A program made the position numbers and the translations under genes. From the NCBI RefSeq assembly GCF_006345805.1, contig NC_042999.1, positions 69,378,001 to 69,442,000 of the forward strand: a DNA stretch of 64,000 bases, written 5' to 3'. The notes under the pieces are model-generated. The model saw only the letters and a program-made list of their open reading frames with translations, was not told the DNA's origin and searched no databases. This stretch comes from Octopus sinensis (Eukaryota). This document shows positions 36,443 to 49,350 of the stretch, in pieces (position 1 is the first letter of the stretch; the number at the start of each line of letters is the position of its first letter).

Positions 36443-36515
36443 TATAGTAGTAACAGCAGCAGAAGCAGCAGTTGTAGTACCAACAGCAGCGGTAACGGTA
36501 GCAGTAGTAGTAGTT
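36290..36515. repeat. (GTA)n/(GGT)n/(GCA) trinucleotide tract
   Basis: Direct reading. Confidence 0.95.
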
Positions 36516-36632
36516 GTTGCTGTTGGTTGCCTCCCGGTCCACTTCCGATCAATAAGATCGATTCGACGGACGAGAGCGTCCCAGCCGTTATCCTGGCTTT
36601 GCCGGGGTTTTTTTCAGACTCGTTCTTCCTTT

Positions 36633-36679
<47 letters not shown>

Positions 36680-36739
36680 GATGTTCCAGCCAAAAATTCT
36701 TTTCTACTGGAGGTACAAGGCCTCAAATTTGTGAGGAGG

Positions 36740-37450
36740 GGAGCAGTCGATGTAATCGACCCCAGTGTTTCACTGGTACTTAATTTATCAACACTGAAAG
36801 GATGAAAGGCAAAGTCGACATCGGCGGAATTTGAACTCAAAATATAAAGACGGACGAAATACCTATTTCTTTACTACCCACAAGGGGCTAAACACAGAGG
36901 ACAGACAAAGGGATTAAGTCGATTATATCAACCCCAGTGCGTAACTGGTACTTATTTAATCGACCCCGAAAGGATGAAAGGCAAAGTCGACCTCGGCGAA
37001 ATTTGAACTCAGAACCTAGCAGCAGACAAAATACTTATTTCTTTACTTCCCACAAGGGGCTAAACACAGAGGGGACAAACAAGAACAGACAAACGGATTA
37101 AGTCGATTATATCGACTCCAGTGCGAAACTGGTACTTAATTTATCGACCCCGAAAGGATGAAAGGCAAAGTCGACCTCGGCGGAATTTGAACTCAGAACG
37201 TAGCAGCAGACGAAATACCTATTTCTTTACTTCCCACAAGGGGCTAAACACAGAGGGGACAAACAAAGACAGACAAACGGATTAAGTTGATTATATCGAC
37301 CCCAGTGCGAAACTGGTGCTTAATTTATCGACCTCGAAAGGATGAAAGGCAAAGTCGACCTCGGCGGTATTTGAACTCAGAACGTAGCGTCAGACGAAAT
37401 ACGGCTACGCATTTCGCCCGACATGCTAATGATTCTGCCAGTTCACCGCA
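36740..37450 (-). mobile_element. SINE family A concatemer (one head plus three head-less units of about 180 bp)
   Basis: Four tandem copies of the body; each junction at aaagaaata(g/a)gtattt(c/t)gtc. Confidence 0.9.
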
Positions 37451-37499
37451 TTGTTCCGGGCAGCATATTAGATTGCATCTGTTTGCAAGGCATCAGCAC

Positions 37500-37860
37500 T
37501 GAAGTTCAGGAGTTTTAGTGAGTTTGGAGTTAAATTCTTGAGTCCCCACTCCTCCCATATCCGCTGTGTAATTCAACACTTGCAGGGAAGCCATGAACAG
37601 CGATGGAATTCCAGAGGAATGATTTCCTAATAAAAAAAATAAAAGGACTTGGTACAGGGATCACTGCAGACCCTCGATAGAAGGGGACACAGCAAGAACG
37701 ATGCGAGAAAGATAGACGAACGGATCAAGTATGCCTGAAGTGAGGTGGCACGAACCCAGCCGGCTCCGAAGAGCAAAGGCCACTATAGTAGCGGTGGAAA
37801 AAATAGAATGAGGAGGCAGTGCGCGTTCCTATGAGCGAGAAGCTTGAGCAAATCTTTTAG
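37500..37860 (-). mobile_element. CR1/Jockey-group LINE 3' end remnant
   Basis: LAHRNAHCLLILF.HRYYSGLCSSEPAGFVPP and WNS(I)..P-like segment. Confidence 0.6.
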
Positions 37861-38194
37861 TGACTTCATGGAATTCATTCGGATCGATATGATGAGATGC
37901 ACTGTATTGTATAACTACACGACTTCGTGCACCATGTATCCTTTTGGGTTTTTTTGCATTTACTAGATTGGTTAGAAAAGACATCAAACGAACACTTACG
38001 AAGCCATGTATATTATTTAGTAACTCTCACTGAAGGTTTATATAACATTGTCATTTATATAGAGAGATTCCATTTTATACACCACCAAATTGTTTGAATT
38101 CTAATTTTTTCGCTTAGTGGTTACTAAAATATAATCACTGCTGCACTAACACTCCCATACCATTCTGCTTCTGGGAAGACCAACAGTTCAAAAC

Positions 38195-38241
<47 letters not shown>

Positions 38242-38279
38242 TGCATATATATGTATATATATATATACACACATACGAC

Positions 38280-38560
38280 CATCCATGTTTGTTTTCATTC
38301 GGTTTCCTTGTATGTCTCCACTTTGACCTACCAACTTTGACCCTCCGCAAATCCCAAATTATATTTTGGTTCGCGGGAGCAACTGCCTTTCGAAGTTTCA
38401 TATTGTCGTTCAATGCTCGAAATGAGGAGTAGATGGACAGCCGACAACTTATATATATATATATATGTACATATATGTATGCATATATGCATATGTGTAT
38501 GTGTGTGTGTGAGTAGATAAACTTACTTGGAAAAGGATGCGTGGCGTTCGATCAAATAAT
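38280..38560. mobile_element. pLTR-like repeat family G fragment (also 55480-55910, 56020-56432, 58900-59260)
   Basis: Shared accct(c/t)cgcaaatcccaaatt..gagtagat and gataaacttacttggaa..gatgcgtggcgttc motifs next to TA/GATA tracts; 55590-55720 is inverted relative to 56313-56432. Confidence 0.6.
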
Positions 38561-38611
38561 AATATACAAATATATGCATATATACATACATATATGTACA
38601 TACTATTTATG

Positions 38612-38700
<89 letters not shown>

Positions 38701-38881
38701 TAAAAGTTTTAGGGGCATTTCCTTCACTTTGGTGAAGTGGAACATTTGTCTTAGACGTCTACATGGCTAAGCCCTTTGTGGATGCAAAACCATTGGTCAC
38801 TCTAGACTTAACTACATATAACTACATTACTGCCCTTTGTTTTAGAGTCTGATATGCTTTTTCGGACATATGATACACTGA

Positions 38882-38970
<89 letters not shown>

Positions 38971-38984
38971 AATATATATATATA

Positions 38985-39318
38985 TAAACAAAGTGAAGTT
39001 GTAAGGTACCGCACGAGTGGAAATATATATGAAAGAAGGTTTGAAACTGTACTTTTAAAGATGTTTATTCACTTTTTTAGAAAAAGATTGTTAAAATTAA
39101 AATGTAAAGCTTTGTATAAGCTTTGTTGTGTTTAACATTTTGTTATTATTATCAAAGAATGTATATATTGTATTTTAATACTTTTGTGACAACCAGTACT
39201 TAACACAACAAAGCTTTTACAAAGCTTTACATTTTACTTTTGACAATCTTTTTTTCTAAAAAAGTAAAACCGGTCAGGTGAATAAACATCTTTAAAATTG
39301 CATTTTCAAACCTTCTTT

Positions 39319-39325
<7 letters not shown>
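38985..39325. mobile_element. Short fold-back element (family H) inserted in (TA)n
   Basis: gaaagaaggtttgaaa... and inverted ...ttttcaaaccttctttc; TA tracts on both sides. Confidence 0.75.
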
Positions 39326-39358
<33 letters not shown>

Positions 39359-39361
<3 letters not shown>

Positions 39362-41400
39362 TGTGCGTACCAACGGGTCTTAAAGCTGTTTGACGTCATT
39401 CCGATGTAGGATTTTCTTTTATCGTCAGGGCCTGATCTTACCTCGCATGTATATACTAGGTCCCTCTGTAGGCAGTTGTTGTTGAGGGGGCAGGTGGTTT
39501 TATCAGGGCAGTTGCAATGCTATCGGACGTTGGATGGGCCTCGGAAAAAGTAGATATGTTAAGTTTTTTCACATTGTTGTTGGCTAGGTTCCTGGCTAGA
39601 TTGGGCGTGGTAGAGTAGGAGAGTCTAATAGTGTTCTTATTTAGGATAGTGTAGTACTTATGTTGGGTGGGGAAGTGTTTCTGTAGGAGAGTGAAGAAGA
39701 TTTTAGCTACAGGTGTAGCGACCTCACGGTGAAGGGGGGGGGTTGTACAGCTAATGTGTCTTCGTCTATTTTTCCTGGGTTGGCGTGGGGCTATACTAGT
39801 ATAGGTACTCTTATCTTTAAAGCCACTGCGGGCCAGGGCTCGTTGTAATAGGGGGCTGCGGCCTTAAAGATATCTTCCGTGGCGGACAGGCTAGAAATTC
39901 TAATTGAGACACTTTTTACTAGGTTATCTAATATATTTTGGGGTGGTTGGAATTAATATCTATATATCTAAGGGATTCATTTGGTTTGTGGTACGGGTAA
40001 TAAAGTGAGGTTTTTAAGTCGAGGGTGACATCAAGGAAGTTAGCTTTTGTTAAGTTGGGATCTAAGGTAATCCTAAGGCCTAAGTTTTAAAGAAGGTGTA
40101 AAGATTTTTCCGGAACCCATCCGTGGTCCTGGGGTTTATTTTGTGGAGGGCGAAAAGGCCGTCATCGCGGTAAAGACCACCGGAGAGGCCTGTGAATAGG
40201 GGTTTCAGCCTATGGAGGATGAAAAGGCCCACTAGGTCACTTATTTCAGCAGAGTCGTTAGCACCCATGCTGACGTCGAAGGGGGTCACAGATTTTTTGT
40301 TGATCCAGTGGGATCCGTCATAGAAAAGAAAAGTCTTACGTGCGTGGAGGATCACATCTTGCTCGGCCTCGGTGATGGTGGAGGACCTCCTGGCGAAGTT
40401 AATCGCGTCGATCAGCAAGCTCTCCGATATGGAGGCGTAGTAATCCTCGATATCCAGTTGTAGGAATCGGGTGTTGCTTTTGTCAGGTAAATCCCGGAAC
40501 CAGGTTATTGCCTCGGAGGTCCTATTCCAGAGTGGAAGGGGTGAAGCTTCACGCATTTTTGGTAAAATCCTGTCCAGGATCTTCTTGCTGACGGATCCGA
40601 TGTCAGACTTGGTTGGGTTAATCAAACGGACCGACTGTTTATTTTCGAAATGGTCTTTGTGGTCTTTCAGGGTGAAGTGTGGGGACTTCACCCTCAGGGG
40701 TTCAGTTCGGTCATCGATTTTAAGGGAGGTGGCAATCTCTTTCCCGGCTAAGTTGGTTTCAGTTAGCGCTGCGTCGTCCACTTTCTTGTACTTAGCTGTG
40801 ATGGCGTTATCGGCTAGTCTGTTGTAGGTATCCGGAGTCACCGCATAAATATTTTTTGTCTTGTCCGAAGGGACATGGAGGTTCTGGGAGCTTTTCATTT
40901 TCGAAAGCTTCTCATTCAGTTCCGTTTGGAAAGGTAGGTTGACTCTCCTGAATTGATGTTTTTATCATGAGGAAGAGGTCTTCTTCAAACGGTTCAAGTA
41001 GGCTGTTGGTAGGAGGGGCCTTATTTGATTTGAAGCCGTACTTATCATTATTGGTAGATGCTACATCAGGATGTCGAAGAAGAACGATCTCCATCGAATT
41101 CTTTTGATGAACTCATCAGTCCGTCTAATGAGGGCTTTTTGGTACTGTTTCCTTGGTGGGATAGTAATGTTCTTCAGGGAAGTGTCGAGGTCGATTCTTG
41201 TCAGCATTTTTCTTGGTGATGGTTATAAGGGCACTAGGGTGTGCTAGGATATGTAGGTCCCGGGTGTTTCGGGGTTAACCACAGTAAATAAGGTACTCAA
41301 TACATAGTAGAGTAAAATTAATTTATTATATAGAAGGAGCTTCTACAGGACTAGAACTGTTTCATTCAAGAGAAATCTTCAGGAAGCTAGTTAACAAGAA
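39359..41400 (-). mobile_element. Near full-length Penelope-like element (probably Hydra clade): N-term, RT, GIY-YIG truncated at (TA)n; frameshifted
   Basis: ATG 41207 SLKNITIP..FIKRIRWRSFFF; YGFKSNKAPP; RT FTLKDHK, LDIEDYYASI, FDVSMG..SAEISDLVGLFIL, GLYRDDGL; EN CNCPDKTTCPLNNNCLQRDLVYTCEV..SYIGMTSNSFKTRWYAH. Confidence 0.9.
41338..41388 (-). ncRNA. Type I hammerhead ribozyme motif upstream of the Penelope-like ORF
   Basis: AGCTTC-CTGAAGA-TTTCTCTTGAAT-GAAA-CAG(ttctagtc)CTG-TA-GAAGCT: 6-bp stem I, 4-bp stem III, GUA cleavage triplet; stem II closes with U.U. Confidence 0.65.
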
Positions 41401-41619
41401 TTGTATTGGCATTTATACATTTAGGCAGGTTTAAGGGGTGTTGGTGGGGGACTTTTTGGGGGTAGGCATAGCGCAAAATATCATACTTGGGGGAGTGGTC
41501 AAGGAGTCAGTGTTAAATTAGATAGAAGAATAAATAAAAAAACATATAAAAAAATATATAAAAAATTATATAAAAAAGGGAATAGAGTTTTAGGTAAATA
41601 AGGAGATTCTCACTTATAC

Positions 41620-41911
41620 CTATGCACATATGTATACATATATACACACACATACAATACATATATACATACACACATACGTACACACAACACATATATA
41701 CAATATATACTTACCACTTACCACATACATACTACCATATCTACACAAATACACAATATAGTATAAATAACACACATACACACCACATACTCACCAACAC
41801 GCATACACACACATATACCACACACACATATGCAACACAGTACACTAGTCCCTATATACACATATATACACATACACACACATATACCACACACATACAT
41901 ATACATACATA

Positions 41912-41948
<37 letters not shown>

Positions 41949-42410
41949 GTGTACCTATGCATACCTACACATACACACATATATAATACACATACAAATA
42001 CAGACCCATTCCCTAATTTTAATTTTATTATCTTCATTTATTACTTTGTTATCTTTGATCGCTGGTCACAAAACATCTTGGCTATGACAGCCAGTCCATT
42101 ATCTGTCTACTGGAAAACAAGCACTCATTTACTCACGCACACTCTTTAGCACGTACACTCACTCATTCGCACACTCATACACATACACGCACGCACGCGT
42201 TATATTCATACATACATACATCTACATACATTCACGTATATACACATACGTACGCGTACCTACAGATTCATGTCTACACTCTTAGAAGGCTAGTCTATAC
42301 ATATACACCAATAAATATAAATACACACACATACATATACACCTACATACAAATACATACATGTATATATATATATACATATACATACATATTCACATAT
42401 ATATACATAC

Positions 42411-42441
<31 letters not shown>

Positions 42442-42605
42442 CATATACATACATATACACATATACATATATATATATATACATATACACACACATACAC
42501 ATACATACATATACACACATACCACACATACGTATACATACATACATACCATCCCATACATCCATACATACATACATTTATACACATACACACCCCACAC
42601 ACGTA
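41620..42605. repeat. CA/TA cryptic microsatellite spacer between the inverted PLE copies
   Basis: Direct reading. Confidence 0.85.
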
Positions 42606-42607
42606 GA

Positions 42608-43544
42608 TATGACGGATCCCACTGGATCAACAAAAATCTGTGACCCCCTTCGACGTCAGCATGGGTGCTAACGACTCTGCTGAAATAAGTGACCTAGTGG
42701 GCCTTTTCATCCTCCATAGGCTGAAAACCCTATTCACAGGCCTCTCCGGTGGGTCTTTACCGCGATGACGGCCTTTCCGCTCCACAAAATAAATAAACCC
42801 CCAGGGAGATGGGTTCCGGAAAAAATCTTTACACCTTTTAAAAACTCCTAGGCCTTAGGATTACCTTAGAACCCAACTTAACAAAAGCTAACTTCCTTGA
42901 TGTCCACCTCGACTTAAAAAACACTCTTATTACCCGTACCACAAACCAAATGAATCCTTAGATATATAGATATTAATTCCAACCACCCCAAAAATATATT
43001 AGATAACCTAGTAAAAAGTGTCTCAATTAGAATTTCTAGCCTGTCCGCCACGGAAGATATCTTTAAGGCCGCAGCCCCTATTACAACGAGGCCTGGCCCG
43101 CAGTGGCTTTAAAGATAAGATTACCTATACTAGTATAGCCCCACGCCAACCCAGGAAAAATAGACGAAGACACATTAGCTGGTACAACCCCCCCTCAAAC
43201 GTGAGGTCGCTACACCTGTAGCTAAAATCTTCTTCACTCTCCTAGAAAAACACACTTCCCCACCCAACATAAGTACTACACTATCCTAAATAAGAACACT
43301 ATTAGACTCTCCTACTCTACCACGCCCAATCTAGCCAGGAACCTAGCCAACAACAATGTGAAAAAAACTTAACATATCTACTTTTCCGAGGCCCATCCAA
43401 CGTCCGATAGCAATTGCAACTGCCCTGATAAAACCACCTGCCCCTCAACAACAACTGCCTACAGAGGGACCTAGTATATACATGCGAGGTAAGATCAGGC
43501 CTGACGATAAAAGAAAATCCTACATCGGAATGACGTCAAAAGCT
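42608..43544 (+). mobile_element. Inverted 5'-truncated copy of the same Penelope-like element
   Basis: Reverse complement of about 39375-40325 with many single-base indels; ends in (TA)n. Confidence 0.9.
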
Positions 43545-43839
43545 TATATATATATATATATATAATATATATATATATATTTGTAAAAAATGAAGTTCGA
43601 AAATGCTGCTGTATTATACAATTTTTAATTTTTATATATACATTATAACATGTTTCAGTTCCTGAAATGAACCTTATCAAAAAAAGTTATATATAAAAAG
43701 AGACAGCTCATGCCGTCAAACACAAGAAATTCATTTATAATACACAACGGAGTCAGACATCTTAGAGTTCATGTATAGTTGATATATAGTTCATGTATAG
43801 TTGATATATAGTTTGAAGTATATGTTCAAAGTGTTCGAT

Positions 43840-45705
43840 GCAGTGGCCCACGGTGGCGATACGTATTCAATACAAAAAAACAGATCAAAGTGGTGGAAAG
43901 CGGTCAATACAGAAGATTGATGTTTCCGAAGGAGCGAGGAATTCATTTTTACCTTAAGCAATTGTGATGACCCATGGTGGAAGTTCGCTGGGTGGTTCTG
44001 GTGAGTTTTTGTGAAATGCTCGTTTTATAATGCCTGTTAGGTGGTCAATCTAGCGTAGCGTGACGTCATCAATGTTTTGACCAATCGTTTCGTTAGGTGG
44101 CTTTAACCAAGTGGAACGGGACGTCATCATATTTTGACCAATCGCTGCATTATAACTCCTCTTGTTTGTTTCCTGTCTTGACCAGTCGCTTCGTTAGTCA
44201 AGCATAGCGGGACGTCATCCAGATTCTGCCCAATCACGACTTATAGCTACATTAGATCTGCCCCCTGTCTGTACTTGTTAGGTGACTATTCAAGCAGAAA
44301 GGGACGTCATCAATATTCTGACTAATGACTGTCCCCTGTTTGTATCCTGTCATTCTAGCAGAGCTAGACGTCATCAACTTGTGACCAATCAGAATCGGGT
44401 CTGACCCTAGCTGTATCGTATGTATCAGGGTCAGATTTGCACGAAAGAATTTTTTTCCTTTTTTACTAAGGCATATTTCCGTCAGAGTGAGTGTCTGTTT
44501 GAAGTAGCGGCCGTGGTGAAATTTGGTTCTCCTTTTCGGAGGACTTATCTTTGTTTAGTATTCCTGGCCCAGGGTGTTTAAACTTGGTCTAAATTTTTTA
44601 TGAAATATAGTTCTTATTTTGGCGTTGTGTGAAGGTTGCGTTGTCACTGAATTTATAGAGCGGGTTAGTTGTAAATTCGGATTTACATTTCCAGCACATC
44701 TATCTATGTGTCCGCTGACCGGTATTTTGCGGTAATCAGGGTTTCTAATTTGTGATTTATGCACCGCCATCCTGTTACGTAAGCTATTTTTGTATGGCCT
44801 ATATACTGCCTATTGCAGCCTGCGCATGTTATGACGTAAATTAAGTTTTCTGATGCGCAGGTGAAGTTTGTTCTAATGGTGAACTGGTGGCCTTGTTCCA
44901 GTATAAATTCTGATCCTTCTTTCAAGATGACACAGATTCCGCAGTTGGGCCTTCCACATTTTCTAACTGCTGGTTTTGTGGTTGATGTTGAGTGCAGTGT
45001 AGCTTGGGTTAAAATCCTTTTCAAGGATTTTGGTTGCCGTTTACTTTTAATGATGGTGTGTGTTTCGAGGATCCGGTTCATCTTTGGGTCTCCTTTAGTA
45101 GGGCTGTGCTTGTAGTATGGTGTTGAAGGCCTCATTGTTGAGTGGGTTGTGTGTAGAGATGTAGGGAAGGGTTTTAATTGTTCTTTCTTTTGGTTTGTTT
45201 GTCTCAGGTTTCTATACTTAATTTAAGTACCCGTTGGATTGCACTGTCTATTAGGGGCTGTGGATAGTTTCTATTTGTGAGTGTGGTTCTAAGTTCCTGG
45301 AGACGTGTGTGTCGGGTGTTTGTGTCTGATATTATGGTGCAAATCCTTCTAGCTAAACAAAAAGGGACATTCATTCTAGTGTGTCGTGGGTGGCATGAAT
45401 CAAAGGGTAGGTACTGTTTAGAGTCTGTCGGTTTATAGTAGATATCTGTCTCTATTTTGTTGCCGGTTTCTTAATGAGGATGTCTAAAAATGGTAATTCT
45501 TTTTCGTTGTGGTCCATCGTGAATTGTATATTGTCATTTATTCCATTTAATAGAATTTTAAATTCCCAAGTTTCTCTATGCCTTTGTCCCAGATGATGAA
45601 ACAGTCATCGAGGTATCTTTTCCAGTTGTTATGGATATAGGTGGCGAAGGTGTTTCCATATTTCTCGAGTGTCATCCGGTATAGTATTTTTCGAGGTATC
45701 CATCA
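43840..45705 (-). mobile_element. 5'-truncated Neptune-type Penelope-like element (RT C-half, Cys linker, GIY-YIG, long 3'UTR)
   Basis: YLEKILY..NNWKRYLDDCFIIW, IQFTMDHNEKELPFLDI, KCGRPNCGIC, NLIYVITCAGCNRQYIG, KKFRPSLN. Confidence 0.85.
44061..44389. promoter_or_regulatory. Five GACGTCA (CRE/ATF-like) plus CCAAT composite motifs at fixed 18-19 bp spacing in the PLE 3'UTR
   Basis: GACGTCA at 44062, 44120, 44211, 44303, 44367; CCAAT at 44081, 44138, 44230, 44322 (CTAAT), 44385. Confidence 0.6.
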
Positions 45706-46451
45706 CTATATATATATATATATATATATGATATATATATATATATATATATATTGCACTTAATATATCTGGTGCGGTGTGCATGTGTGTTGGTATATAT
45801 CCGTTCGCCAGTAGACGTTTAAATGTCGACGATATTTCTGCAGCGAGTCGTATGCTGTACATTGGACGCTCGTAAAAAGATGTTAGAGATAAAGGTATGT
45901 CAATGTCAACATATCTTACAATGATTAGTTTTTTTTTCTCCATTGAGACCACATTTATGGATAACAAGTCTTTAGTTCTTAAAGTAAAAAAATGTCCGCA
46001 TATTTCTCATATTTAACGATTTTCTTTAATGTTGTCTTCAAATATTTTTATACACAAAATATTTTGCACACACACACACACAAACATTAACGCAACACAA
46101 ACACACATTGGGTGTGTGCGTGTGTGTGTGCGTGAGCGCGTAATTGTAGATGTTTTTTATGTAACGTTTTAAAAACAATAGAATGATCATTATTTTTTAG
46201 TGGAGTACGTTTCTATTAATATTACAAGGAAAAGATTAAGACTTCAACGTTTCGGTTTACTAATCTTCATCGTCATCATATATATATATAGATATAGATA
46301 TGTGTGTGTGTATATATATACACTCACACGTATATATACATACATACATATGCATATATATATACTGTTGTGGAACATCTCCGTCTATCCCCTCTGTACT
46401 ATTTACACACACACACACACTCACACACCACACACCACACACACACACACA

Positions 46452-46528
<77 letters not shown>

Positions 46529-46559
46529 CACAGACAAACAGAGATACACACTCACACAA

Positions 46560-47270
46560 GCAATATACATAATTTAGAATTATCGAACAAGAAAACTCCT
46601 TTTTCTCGCATGTAAGATTACAGATTCTAAAGCGGTTCAAAGTCGACGTGTTACTGCGGTGTAATGTTATCAAAACTGTCTGCGATATACGAGGTGGGGG
46701 TGTTCTAGTTGGAGCCTCTTGACTGAACCTATAGATCACTGTCTTCGAAAATTGGTAAGACTTCATTTTGGCAGCTGCAGGTGGGAATGTGGGATGAGAA
46801 TTGTGTGGATGCCTTTTTGTCTATTGTTGCTTGTGATGTTAAAAGTGATGATATCTAAACATGAAAAGTTTTGCAAACGGTTATGGGAATTGAAACGTTC
46901 GTGGTATTTATAGGCAATGTTACCCGACTAATGTCAGGAAGCTCCTGTATACATTGATAGCTACGTTTTCCGTGAATGGAGCATTATACCAGATGACGCT
47001 TGTTTTCTCTTTTATGGTTTAGAGGTGAACGTGGAAGGCCTCCATATATACTAACATACTAGTCCCAGCCTTGTCATAACGGAGTGCCACGCTGACAAAG
47101 AGCTCTCTATTCGATGACAAGTTGGAAAATCTTACGCTGATACTTATAGTCAGATTTCTGATTACTGCTAGAGAGTGATTGAAATGTTTACCGCGTTCTC
47201 ATTGGGTTTTCTGTAGGAGCAGTATTTGCCCGTCGAACTTTTCGTTGTGGTGGTTGGTGTATCACACGCG
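46560..47270 (-). mobile_element. Heavily degraded Hydra-type PLE 3' fragment
   Basis: Segments resembling WYNAPF.ENVA.NV and RFRICNLTCEK (CNLC.EEK). Confidence 0.45.
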
Positions 47271-47289
47271 TCTGCGACGATGAAATACC

Positions 47290-47698
47290 ACCTTTTCCGT
47301 AGTTTTAGTTGAGCATGTCCCTTAGTGGCTGACGATATGTGCATCTCTGATCATGAGCAGAAGTAGTGGGGGAGCTTCATAGCCATGTGTTGAGAGGGAT
47401 TCTTTGGGGTTTGAATAATTCACCCTCTGGAAACATTGGTGTTCGTTCAACATCCTTAAACAACCCTTATTCAGGGACCTTTTGAGCGGGATGGGTTACT
47501 CGACCAGAAGAAAATTCTAACTGGGCCCCACCTGCAAGGTCATGTGCTGTTTATCTTGATATGAGATCAACATGCCGCGCACATATGGTTGTGATGCATA
47601 TGCCTAGTGTACCCTTATCAGACGGGTAGTCGTGATGGGTATACTGGGCTTCGTATATTTTACCCCAGTGATACTTTGATGCACTGCTCTCTCACTCA

Positions 47699-47751
<53 letters not shown>

Positions 47752-47765
47752 AATAATAATGATAA
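47290..47765 (+). mobile_element. Retroposon 3' part with (GAT)n/(AAT)n tail, unclassified
   Basis: About 400 bp moderate-GC body ending ctctctcactcaat then (gat)n. Confidence 0.6.
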
Positions 47766-48518
47766 TAAATTATATATATAAATAGATGCTATATAGAGTG
47801 TAACGGTCAATGACTACAAAAATGCTGTCGCACTTTCCAATATAATAGAAATTGTTGACACAACAGAACGTCGGCGTAGACGATTCGGTGTTTTTCTGAG
47901 TCGTAATTTTGTTTTTTCTGAAACAAATGAAGCCTGTGCGAGGTTGCTTGAACTGCGAAAAACAGCAGCCAAAATCTCTCGCAGATAGCACCGCAATCGC
48001 CTCGAATGAGGAAAGCATACGTCAAATAATGTGGCCCTTAATACACTGATTCTGAGTCCGAGCCAACAAGGAATCTCCACGGGCTCATTCGACTTGCTGG
48101 ACATAGCAACCGTATCGTCTTCACTTAGGAAAAGATAAATGGGTTAATGAAGTCCTACGGTCGTTCGTGTTTGTAAAAGGTGGTCACGATTGGAACGTGG
48201 TTTGATCAAGGGTCTGCATGGTCAGTGCTGACCTGGATCTAAATAACAGCAGCAAAATTTCTCTAGAGTTCACCTCGTATCGATAACATAAGTAATACTA
48301 ACAGCAATTTCATTAATTAATAGAAGAGTTCTAGAGAAATTCATCAAATCCAATTATTGACGTTTCGGAGTGTTACTCTTCTTCTGAAGATGAAAAAGAG
48401 AAGGAAAGAAACAAAGAGGGGGCTGCCCGACTTTTTCTAATCACAAGAGTTTCCAACCTTATATTTACATGCTATTATCTATAGCTTTATGTTATGTACA
48501 CACACACACACCACACAC

Positions 48519-48740
48519 ACGAAGGAGTGGTGCTGAAAAGTTCCTGGTTTTGAGTAAAAGAAAATGCAGGACGATCAGTTAATTGGGATTTTATTCAACA
48601 TACGTCCCTCTGAGATTCACACTCTTGCAGCGGTCCTTCACATTGCTAAGCCCTGTAAAAAAAAACATGAAACATTGGGCCTCCAGCTAGGCCTTTCGCG
48701 ACAGTCTTAAAGCCAGAAACTTTTCAGCACCCTTCCGTTA
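48519..48740. mobile_element. Mariner-derived MITE, sister of 17908-18128
   Basis: ggtgctgaaaagttcctgg / ccagaaacttttcagcaccc TIRs. Confidence 0.8.
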
Positions 48741-48772
48741 ACATATACATATACACAGTCACACACACACAC

Positions 48773-48779
<7 letters not shown>

Positions 48780-48811
<32 letters not shown>

Positions 48812-48903
48812 TAATATCACATATATATATAATATAATATATATATATATATATATATACATATATATATCTATATATAAATACATATTATATTATATAT
48901 ATC

Positions 48904-48935
<32 letters not shown>

Positions 48936-49005
48936 TATATACTATATATATATATATATAGATATATATATATTCCTATATATATATATATATATTATAT
49001 ATATA

Positions 49006-49057
<52 letters not shown>

Positions 49058-49163
49058 TATATATATTATGATATATATATATATATAGTATATTCATATA
49101 TATATATAACATATATATATAATATATATATATATACATATATATCAATATATATATATAATA

Positions 49164-49210
<47 letters not shown>

Positions 49211-49227
49211 TTATATAATATATATAA

Positions 49228-49269
<42 letters not shown>

Positions 49270-49350
49270 ATATACATATTATATATATATAATAGATCTA
49301 TATCTATATATATATATATATATATGATATATATATATATATATAGTATA
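48780..49350. repeat. About 570 bp degenerate (TA)n
   Basis: Direct reading. Confidence 0.95.

Noticed and set aside
35357-36805. Long ORFs (278, 318, 188 aa) in the track
   Set aside because: They are translations of TATG/TG/GTA microsatellites (HTYI, CVYV, poly-S) with no domain signal. The same applies to similar ORFs at 16-19, 29-30, 41-42, 46, 49 and 59 kb.
36740-37450. Regular repeats of about 180 bp resembling a CRISPR or satellite array
   Set aside because: No unique spacers, eukaryotic context, and units are SINE bodies.
47770-48104. Overlapping 70-96 aa ORFs in a CpG-containing patch
   Set aside because: No recognisable motif or splice structure, and part overlaps repeat family E.
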